DNA of 64,000 nucleotides from the NCBI GenBank assembly GCA_050008355.1, contig JBEKMT010000007.1:7844-71843 (forward strand), in the 5' to 3' direction. Every line of letters begins with the position of its first letter. Position 1 is the stretch's first letter. Below, piece by piece: positions 19,801 to 26,911 of this stretch. A model generated the notes under the pieces. The model did not search any database and was not told the DNA's origin. It worked only from the letters and a program-made list of their open reading frames with translations. The DNA is from Verrucomicrobiota bacterium. GTDB taxonomy: Bacteria > Verrucomicrobiota > Verrucomicrobiia > Limisphaerales > UBA11358. The position numbers and the translations under genes were made by a program.

Positions 19801-21320
19801 ACTGGAGTGTGTTGGCACCGCAAAGCGGAAACTTCGTGATTACCCCCGGTTATCAATCGGGGGCTGGTACCGTGCTGGAAGTGGACGGCCTGGCCGCCAG
19901 CCCCGGCACTACCGTGACGAATTTTCTGACGCAAGGACTGCACGCCATCAAGCTGCGTTCCACCAACGGTGCGCTCACTGTCACCAATGTGACCATCACC
20001 CAGATTGGCGCGCCGAATTCACCCACACTTGAATCTGTCATCCCGGATATCAGCCAATCCGGCTTCGTGAACTTGAATTGGTCACCAGCGGCCAGTGGCC
20101 CACCGGCGCAGGGCTACCTCGTTTACCATGGTACCGCTTCAGGTAATTATGATATCGCAGCGGCAATTGGCGATGTGACAAATTACACCTTCGACGACCT
20201 TCCCGAAAACGCAGCAGCCTATTTCGCCGTAGTGGCCACCAACGCCGCAGGCTACAGCCTTCCGTCCAATGAACTGAACATCACCCCGGTGTCGCCGGGC
20301 GCGAACCAGGCTCTTCTCGTTTGGGATTTTCTCGCGGCCGGTGGCAGTGCGGCTACCGATGGGAGCGAGGCGTCCGTCGCTTCCACCAGCACAGCCTACG
20401 GTATGCAAACCAGCGCGATAACGCGGGGACCCGACACCCCGGCGAGTGCCTTGTATGCATATGGGGGGCTTGGTGCCATTAACTCTCACTCGGCGGCAAG
20501 TTGGGCTGGCGCAAACCTCGCCGCCGCCACGCAAGCCGGCAGCTATTTTCAGTTTGCCGTCGGTGCCCTTGGCGACAACCGGTTCTCCCTTTCCTCAGTC
20601 TCCTACGTCACCTATCAGCAAAACACGACCAGTTCCTCCACAGTCGTCCTTGAATACAGTACCAATGGTTTCGTTAGCGGCGGTGCTGCCTTGGCCACAA
20701 ACCGCCCGATCAACGGTAACTGGGTTGGTACCACCAACACCGTGTCACTTGCCAGCATCGCCGGCATGCAAAACACCACCAACTCAGTCACATTCCGGAT
20801 TTATGGCTATGGATTCACACCGTATAATGACCACGGTCTCGGTCAGGCGGCTGGCCACAATGCGGATGTGGCCGTTTCCGGCTCCGTGTATTATCCCGTG
20901 GCGACCCCTTCGTTCAGCCCTACGCCGGGCAGCTATGCTGCCAGCCAGTTGGTGACAATTTCCACAACCACAACCGGTTCCTCGATTAATTACACCGCCG
21001 ACAGCACAGTCCCTACTGAAAGCCATGGAACGCTCTACACTGGCCCGGTAAACGTGGCCTCAAATGTCACGCTGCAGGCCGTCGCCTATCAAGCTAATTT
21101 CGTTGACAGTGCCGTGGCCACCGCGAGCTATACGATCACGCAGCAGCCGGTCTCCTTGAGTCTCGAGAAGAGTGGCGCAGATCTGCTATTAACCTGGCCG
21201 CAGGGCACTCTGCTGCAAGCAACCAACGTGGCCGGACCTTGGGCGACGAATAATGCTTCCTCGCCCTATACCTTATCACCCGCCAACCTCCAGATGTTCT
21301 TCCGCATTCGCCTCCAGTAA
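16899..21320 (+). CDS. Large secreted multidomain protein: PA14, putative GH-A-like barrel, FN3, chitobiase/hexosaminidase C-terminal domain, F[FY]R module
   Basis: PA14 (IDFDWG..NFSVVWTGQI..SETYTF), NEVWN and YEGG motifs, FN3 (LNWSP..GYLVY..YFAVVATN), PVATPSFSPTPGSY..PTESHGTLYTGP. Ends QMFFRIRLQ. Confidence 0.8.
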   Translation: MKDRRSIPGFLRCGIDSCRWVQVLLGMASLLVSPPVARAADAVGGGWLQGGVLGQYYPNANFAGAPAFTRRDVRIDFDWGSFGQPGGSPAPGFNAVSNQNFSVVWTGQIMPRFSETYTFTLIADAGATLSIQPTNSSTWTTLVTASTGNTNSAATNMVAGQTYNLQLSYHETTGTPVCRLWWSSPSTPEEVLDTVTLAGLNVDTYGAYDYQLYANAMDDGRDEWGTYNGGTLIPTPRDTNGWPTADATNIVFEGAGENGASIVTGTYLLQFQGQASVHCALNTGTLVVDGTNYGSNLPFGTGYNSTSNLTSANLIVATNSAGILYLGFQNTRRNPGDATNTGVADVKLMRPVSPGSTNCFPVGTFFYAPFESAVQRFTILRWIQNNQVVPDTEWTNRPDTELPAYSTHNSQGTLRYWEYMVMLANECGKDLYLCFPGQASNDYLTNVANLICYGSDGVNPYASPQASPVYPPLNPNLRIILEHQNEVWNFSFLNWGQNLSAMLEAYTNNTPDWQIVDYDGVYDPATGAGNQFQAAMRWHILRALRCSDIFRSVFGDAAMGSRVRVIYEYQYDDANNTASFALPFIDNYFNNSDGSNHVATPYPVNHYFWGAGGAVYYGSGDENGIQTNIVFADSGFETPALPAGGVETNPADASWRFSGDAGIYNAAVSGLGNPPAPPDGSQAAFIQGTGAISQTVNFTTTGAYALGFQSAEPTNNINSVQFYFDDTLITPNGSYADGPSANQWVPGSFGVSAQTFSSYSTYVFQVTNPGPHTLTIQGLGIGQYDPTNTPPNNNLFIYFDDLEIASAAALFAGGIPGPGVANGQVGNAGYSVQLDAQAHYAQAYGLQVVAYEGGWSLGGDFNKTAFENWCGFYDPQAEFVNLNALNTFAQSGSRYYVFGTYETWPGYDTVNVGNFPLVQGVDAANAALPASPLNGINVPNVLTPANNSWLVNANANSDSISGTGGWFYWSVLAPQSGNFVITPGYQSGAGTVLEVDGLAASPGTTVTNFLTQGLHAIKLRSTNGALTVTNVTITQIGAPNSPTLESVIPDISQSGFVNLNWSPAASGPPAQGYLVYHGTASGNYDIAAAIGDVTNYTFDDLPENAAAYFAVVATNAAGYSLPSNELNITPVSPGANQALLVWDFLAAGGSAATDGSEASVASTSTAYGMQTSAITRGPDTPASALYAYGGLGAINSHSAASWAGANLAAATQAGSYFQFAVGALGDNRFSLSSVSYVTYQQNTTSSSTVVLEYSTNGFVSGGAALATNRPINGNWVGTTNTVSLASIAGMQNTTNSVTFRIYGYGFTPYNDHGLGQAAGHNADVAVSGSVYYPVATPSFSPTPGSYAASQLVTISTTTTGSSINYTADSTVPTESHGTLYTGPVNVASNVTLQAVAYQANFVDSAVATASYTITQQPVSLSLEKSGADLLLTWPQGTLLQATNVAGPWATNNASSPYTLSPANLQMFFRIRLQ

Positions 21321-21646
21321 GATTTAAGCGGTCGCTTTTCAATCGTTCGACTTTTCAAATGGCTGTCATTGGATTCCTTTATTCCAATGGGGGAACACCC
21401 AATGAGGCTGTTCTTCGCAGTGTTATCTTTTGTTCTGCCAAAACGACAAGCATCAGCAAAAACAAGTTTTATTTTGGAAACACACCGTGGCTTCCATTTG
21501 CCATGGTCCTCCCAGTCCCGTCCGGTTCCTCATCATAATCTGGCCTTGACGCTTAAGGTGAACTGCTAAAGACTATTAGCCTTCACTCATGAAGGTGTTG
21601 AAACCATCCGGCGAAATGCACGCTGCTGCACGTTCGTACTGCGCAT

Positions 21647-22720
21647 ATGGCTAAAGTCAAAATCGCATGCCCCGATTGTGGCCGGGTGCTTCAGTACGAT
21701 GAACTGTACGCTGGCAACAAAATAAAGTGTCCTCATTGCAAGCTTTCGATATTCATTCGACAGGCTTCGCTCGCCGGCATAGCCAGGCCGAGGCAACGGC
21801 GGATAAAGCGCAATGCGGTTATATTCTCCTCTTCATCCATTCTTCTGGCAATAGTTGCAGTTTTGTGGATATGGCTTCTTGAGCCGGTCAGAGTGCAATG
21901 GCCTGACCGGCGCCCAATCGGCATTTTATTTCTCGCCTCCGATTTTCATGCTTCCGCAAAAAATCCAAGAGGTTGGTTCAATGATGCAAACCTCGACATT
22001 GTCGGTCCGGGCGGCGCGGAGCGTTTCCGGAAAGCCCTTTTTGATTACACTGACCGCAGCATCGCCAATCTGAAACGGACTGGAGCGCAGGGAGTCATCG
22101 TCTGGGATTTGGAAGGAGAACAATTTCCTCACAAAATTAGCTTTATCGGCGATCCTCGTTTGCTGGACCGGCTCGCTCCGGAAATGTTGCCGGTGGTGGA
22201 TGAGTTTTTCGGACGACTGCGCGGGGCCGGATTGAAAATTGGTTTGACGATTCGTCCGCAACAGTTTGCCTTTATCAAAGGGCACCCCAGGCAAACTCAG
22301 GTGCTGGATATTAAGCAGATCCTGCTCTCAAAAATTAACTATGCCCGGGCGCACTGGGGGGTGACGATTTTCTACGTCGATTCAAACGGTGGGATTCGAA
22401 GACCCGACGAAGCCGCACAACTTCGTAGTCTGGCAGCCCAACAGCCCGATATCCTTTTGATTCCAGAGCATCACTACCTGCCATACTGGGAGTTTAGTGC
22501 TCCCTATGTCTCTTTGCGCAGAGGTGAGCCAGCCCTTACCGCAACCGTGGCGCGAAAATTATTTCCCGGAGCGATTCAGGCATTGGACATCAGCGGTGCC
22601 TCTCAGGAATCGGCGGAAATTACTGAGGCATGGACCCAGGGTGATATTCTCCTCTTTCGCGCATGGGAATGGAGCCCGGAATGCGACATTCTCGAGCGAC
22701 TTTCGCGCGATTCGCAATAA
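21647..22720 (+). CDS. Zn-ribbon + single TM + extracytoplasmic alpha/beta domain protein of unknown function
   Basis: CPDC...CPHC at the N-terminus, a basic stretch, hydrophobic ILLAIVAVLWIWLL, then about 275 aa of globular domain. Confidence 0.75.
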   Translation: MAKVKIACPDCGRVLQYDELYAGNKIKCPHCKLSIFIRQASLAGIARPRQRRIKRNAVIFSSSSILLAIVAVLWIWLLEPVRVQWPDRRPIGILFLASDFHASAKNPRGWFNDANLDIVGPGGAERFRKALFDYTDRSIANLKRTGAQGVIVWDLEGEQFPHKISFIGDPRLLDRLAPEMLPVVDEFFGRLRGAGLKIGLTIRPQQFAFIKGHPRQTQVLDIKQILLSKINYARAHWGVTIFYVDSNGGIRRPDEAAQLRSLAAQQPDILLIPEHHYLPYWEFSAPYVSLRRGEPALTATVARKLFPGAIQALDISGASQESAEITEAWTQGDILLFRAWEWSPECDILERLSRDSQ

Positions 22721-22880
22721 CGGAACAGCTGGGCTGTCCCTCCTCGGTATTCAGCTATTCACCCTTAACCAGCTGTGGTGCCGACAGTGCCGATGAGCCG
22801 GTGCCTAGGCCCGGTCGGGCCGGAAAGTTGGCTTGCCATATGCTTAATCAAACGTTGCTGAGAAACTCGACCATATTTTC

Positions 22881-25211
22881 ATGAAAGCTAGAAACGCTTG
22901 TTTCGTGGCTCTTGCCGGATTGTTGTTCATCTTTACAACACCTGTTTTTGCCCAGTCCTATGCGTTCACCACCCTTGCCGGCTCCGCAAGTCAAGGTAGC
23001 AGCGACGGCACCGTTACCAATGCACGATTTTTCGCACCACAGGGTGTCAGTGTGGACGTTAACGGTGATGTCTATGTCGCGGATTCGGACAACAGCACCA
23101 TAAGAGAAATCACCCCGAAAGGTCAAGTCAGCACCATCGCCGGTCAAGCCGGAGTCGCAGGTTATTCGGATGGCGTCGGTACCAATGCGCTGTTTTTTCT
23201 GCCAAAGGGTCTTGCAGTGGATGCCAGCGGCAATCTCTACGTGGTGGACACATTCAATGAGGTGATTCGCAAACTCACTCTTTCCGGAACAAACTGGGTG
23301 GTCAGCACGCTCGCCGGCCAGGCAGGTTTGGCGAGCTTTGCCGACGGCACAGGCACCAATGCGGCGTTTAATCGGCCAACCTCGGCCACTGTGGATGCTG
23401 CCGGCAATATTTATATCACGGATCAAGGCAACGATCTAATCCGCAAAATCACACCTCTCGCCGCGGTATCCACCATCGCCGGCGAACTGGAGACCAACGT
23501 CAGCCTCGACGGCACGAATGGCGACGCCCAGTTTGCCAGTCCGACCGGCGTCGCGGTGGACAAAGCCACCAATCTTTTTGTGACGGATGGTGATAACACC
23601 ATTCGCAGGATGATGCCGGTCGGCACGAACTGGGTGGTGACCACTATTTCCGGGCAACCCAACGACTACGGCGGTATCGATGGGCCAGGAACCAACGCAC
23701 TGTTTTCCGGACCGGCTGGCGTGACAGTGGACACTAATGACGATCTTTATGTGGCTGATTCATTCAACAAAACTGTCCGAAAACTCACGCCCCTGGGAAC
23801 AAATTGGATGGTGAGCACCCTGGCCGGGCTGGCGGGCGTTCAAGGTTTCGCGGATGGTACAAACAGTGCCGCACGCTTCGGTTCACCCGTCGGTGTCGCG
23901 ACGGACCGAGCCGGCGACATATTCGTGGCCGACGTCAACAACAACAACATCCGGCAGATCACACCCCTCGGCACCAATGGTGTCGTCACCACCCTGGCCG
24001 GAATCGGCCCCGGTAGCGCTGATGGCCCTGGTCCCGACGCCCGGTTTTGGAACACAACCGGAATCGCCGTGGATGCTTCCGGCATTGCGTTTGTGGCGGA
24101 TTACTTCAACGACACCGTCCGCCGCATTGCCACAAACGGCGTCGTATGCACCATTGCCGGACTGGCCGGTAGCAGCGGCAGCGGCGACGGCACCAACTCG
24201 GATGCACGCTTTTTTAACCCGCAGGATGTCGCTCTGGATGGCCATGACAATGTGTACGTCACCGACATTTTCAATAACACCATCCGCAAAATCAGTCCGA
24301 TTGGCACGAACTGGGTCGTGACCACCATTGCCGGTCAGGCTGGCGCTCCCCCGGCTGAGGCGGATGGAATCGGCACTAACGCCCTGTTTTATAATCCGAC
24401 CGACCTCGCCGTGGATTCGAACACTAATCTCTATGTGACCGACAGTTCGGGTCAGACCATCCGAAAAATCACCCCGGTTGGCACGAACTGGGTGGTCACC
24501 ACCATCGCCGGATTTCCCATGGCGGGTGGCAGCACGAACGGTATCGGTACCAATGCCCTGTTCTTTTATCCACATGGCATTGCCGTGGATGCCGCTGCCA
24601 ATATTTATGTGGCGGATACGCTGAACGACACGATTCGCAAACTGTCGCCGGTCGGCAACAACTGGATGGTCACCACCATTGCCGGCCAAGACGGCTTGAG
24701 TGGCAGTTCCGACGGCCTTGGCACGAATGCCCTGTTTTACTTTCCGGAAAGCGTTGCCCTGGATACTTCTGGCGATCTGTACGTGGCCGACACCTTCAAT
24801 GACACGCTGCGCCGCCTGACGCCGGTCGGTGCCAATTGGAGTTCGTCCACCATCGCCGGACAGGTTCAAATCACTGGCGACACCGATGCGAGCGGCACCA
24901 ATGCGCTGTTTGATTTCCCTGAAAGCATCGCGCTCGACTCCGCCGGCGACCTCTACGTGGCGGACACAGACAACAACTCAGTCCGCGTCGGCCAACTCAT
25001 TTCCAGCCCGTCTTTGCAAATCAGTCTCGTGGACAACCTTGTGTTGGTTTCCTGGCCAGGTGCGGGCAGCTACGCCTTGCAAACGAACAGTGATCTGTCC
25101 ACCTCTAACTGGGTTAGTTACAGCGGCACGGTAACCACGACCACCGGCACAAACAGCATTGCCATTACGCTACCCGCGGGCCAACTATTTTTCCGGCTGG
25201 CGAGCCCCTAA
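22881..25211 (+). CDS. Secreted NHL-repeat (teneurin-like) beta-propeller protein with C-terminal F[FY]R module
   Basis: Signal peptide and 12 repeats of TIAG..G..DG.GTNALF..P.G.AVD..GN.YVAD..N..IRKI. Ends QLFFRLASP. Confidence 0.9.
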   Translation: MKARNACFVALAGLLFIFTTPVFAQSYAFTTLAGSASQGSSDGTVTNARFFAPQGVSVDVNGDVYVADSDNSTIREITPKGQVSTIAGQAGVAGYSDGVGTNALFFLPKGLAVDASGNLYVVDTFNEVIRKLTLSGTNWVVSTLAGQAGLASFADGTGTNAAFNRPTSATVDAAGNIYITDQGNDLIRKITPLAAVSTIAGELETNVSLDGTNGDAQFASPTGVAVDKATNLFVTDGDNTIRRMMPVGTNWVVTTISGQPNDYGGIDGPGTNALFSGPAGVTVDTNDDLYVADSFNKTVRKLTPLGTNWMVSTLAGLAGVQGFADGTNSAARFGSPVGVATDRAGDIFVADVNNNNIRQITPLGTNGVVTTLAGIGPGSADGPGPDARFWNTTGIAVDASGIAFVADYFNDTVRRIATNGVVCTIAGLAGSSGSGDGTNSDARFFNPQDVALDGHDNVYVTDIFNNTIRKISPIGTNWVVTTIAGQAGAPPAEADGIGTNALFYNPTDLAVDSNTNLYVTDSSGQTIRKITPVGTNWVVTTIAGFPMAGGSTNGIGTNALFFYPHGIAVDAAANIYVADTLNDTIRKLSPVGNNWMVTTIAGQDGLSGSSDGLGTNALFYFPESVALDTSGDLYVADTFNDTLRRLTPVGANWSSSTIAGQVQITGDTDASGTNALFDFPESIALDSAGDLYVADTDNNSVRVGQLISSPSLQISLVDNLVLVSWPGAGSYALQTNSDLSTSNWVSYSGTVTTTTGTNSIAITLPAGQLFFRLASP
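22953..24995 (+). repeat. Twelve degenerate ~160-180 bp coding tandem repeats (NHL units)
   Basis: Recurrent GGCACGAACTGGGTGGT.ACCAC.AT.GCCGG and GGTACCAATGC.CTGTT segments inside the CDS. Confidence 0.8.
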
Positions 25212-25369
25212 TTGTCGAAGGGCGAGTTACCCAACTCAGATGTCTCGGCTTGCCGCGGCGCAGCGCAACGTGCGCGGTCCCGCCCACCGCAGTTCGCCGG
25301 CAGTGGGGACCGACTATCATAAGCCGCGAAGCAGTCGCTCCTGGGATTCCTTACCGCCACTATATAAAA

Positions 25370-26068
25370 TTAAGGATTGGAATGCATCTGCTCCAGTATG
25401 GGCCGCAGCACCTTCCAGACATTCTCTGCCACAATTTCGTGGCCTACCGCATTGGGATGGATATGGTCGGGCTGGTTTAATTCAGGATTGCCGCCCACAC
25501 CTGCCAAAACAAAAGGAATCAACGCAGCGTGGTTGGTGGAAGCCAAATCAGGATAAAGTTTCCGGAAGGGTGCGTTGTATTCCTCGCCCAAATTGGGGGG
25601 CATCTGCATCCCCGCGATAATAATCAGGGCTTGCGGATACTTTTGTTTGGTCCGGTTGATGATGGCCTGAAGATTGGTTTTCGTGGCTGTGACTGGGAGA
25701 CCACGCAATCCATCGTTGCCACCCAGTTCCAGGATCAGTACGTCAATCCTTTGTTTGAGAAGCCAATTGATGCGACCCAGACCATCGGCGCTTGTGTCAC
25801 CGCTCACGCCGGCGTTGACCACCTGGTCATTCCAACCGGCGGCTGCTATTTTCTTTTGGATCAGTGCGGGAAAAGCTTCTGACGGATCCACACCAAACCC
25901 GGCGGAAAGGCTGTCCCCCATGAAAACGATTTTATTGGAGGCAACCGGTTCGGCCCCATTTGTCGCGGGCGGCGACACGATTATTATCAGTGCGAACAAA
26001 ACCAGAGCCAACAGAACTGGCACAAGCCGCCGTTTAATCCAACCGAGAAACTTTGCCATGACTTTCAT
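25370..26068 (-). CDS. tesA: Arylesterase / acyl-CoA thioesterase I (TesA-like SGNH)
   Basis: FMGDSLSAG, NAGVSGDTS, LELGGNDGLRG and DHIHPN. Divergent from ybbA-ybbP as in E. coli. Confidence 0.88.
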   Translation of the reverse strand: MKVMAKFLGWIKRRLVPVLLALVLFALIIIVSPPATNGAEPVASNKIVFMGDSLSAGFGVDPSEAFPALIQKKIAAAGWNDQVVNAGVSGDTSADGLGRINWLLKQRIDVLILELGGNDGLRGLPVTATKTNLQAIINRTKQKYPQALIIIAGMQMPPNLGEEYNAPFRKLYPDLASTNHAALIPFVLAGVGGNPELNQPDHIHPNAVGHEIVAENVWKVLRPILEQMHSNP

Positions 26069-26199
26069 AGGTATCGTGGAGACACTATGTCAACGAACAT
26101 GAATCCCATCCCGATGTCAATCACCGCTGGCTTGCCCTCAATTCAACCAATGGCTTTCCACGACTTGCCAGCCGGTTGCACCGGATAAACAATTGAGGT

Positions 26200-26892
26200 A
26201 TGGAGAGGATCATGAATGCCGGCGCCATCTTGGATGTGCGGGGGTTGACCCGAAGTTACTCCAGCGGAAATCGTGTGTTGACGGTTGTAAGAGAAATCAG
26301 TTTCTCGCTCGCGCCAGCGGCCACTTGCGCAATCGTCGGTCCGTCAGGCAGTGGCAAAACCACACTGCTCGGCTTGTGCGCCGGGCTGGATCAACCGACG
26401 GCGGGCGAAGTGCGTCTCGATGGCATCTCGCTTGGGAGCCTCGATGAGGATGGCCGCGCGAAAGTCCGAAACGATCTGGTTGGCTTTGTCTTTCAAAACT
26501 TTCAGCTCATCCCCACGCTGACGGCGCTCGAGAATGTCATGGTGCCTTTGGAATTGCGCGGGCAATCCCAAGTCCGCGAACCTGCCATCGAACTGCTCCA
26601 GCGGGTTGGTTTGGGGGAACGCCTGGCGCACTATCCGGTGCAGCTTTCCGGCGGGGAACAGCAGCGCGTTGCCTTGGCACGCGCATTTATTAACCGGCCA
26701 AAAATTCTTTTTGCAGATGAACCGACTGGAAACTTGGATTCCGAAACGGGCAAGCTGGTGATTGACTGCCTGTTTGCGCTGAACGCCGAAGCGGACACAG
26801 CGCTCGTACTCGTCACGCACGACAACGAACTTGCCCGCCATACGGGGCGCATCATCCGTCTCAAAGGCGGCCTGATGATCAAAGAAGATTGA
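26200..26892 (+). CDS. ybbA: ABC transporter ATP-binding protein (YbbA/LolD-like)
   Basis: GPSGSGKT, LSGGEQQRVA, FADEPTGNLD and VTHD motifs. Confidence 0.9.
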   Translation: MERIMNAGAILDVRGLTRSYSSGNRVLTVVREISFSLAPAATCAIVGPSGSGKTTLLGLCAGLDQPTAGEVRLDGISLGSLDEDGRAKVRNDLVGFVFQNFQLIPTLTALENVMVPLELRGQSQVREPAIELLQRVGLGERLAHYPVQLSGGEQQRVALARAFINRPKILFADEPTGNLDSETGKLVIDCLFALNAEADTALVLVTHDNELARHTGRIIRLKGGLMIKED

Positions 26893-26911
26893 GACTGCCT
26901 ACAGACACGTC

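Noticed and set aside
22953-24995. Periodic DNA repeats that could suggest a CRISPR array
   Set aside because: The repeats are degenerate, in frame and ~170 bp long, and they encode NHL units. There are no identical repeat-spacer units or cas genes.
25250-25320. GC-rich hairpin between the convergent NHL gene and tesA
   Set aside because: The stem is imperfect, has no U-tract and appears as a single copy, which is too weak for a call.
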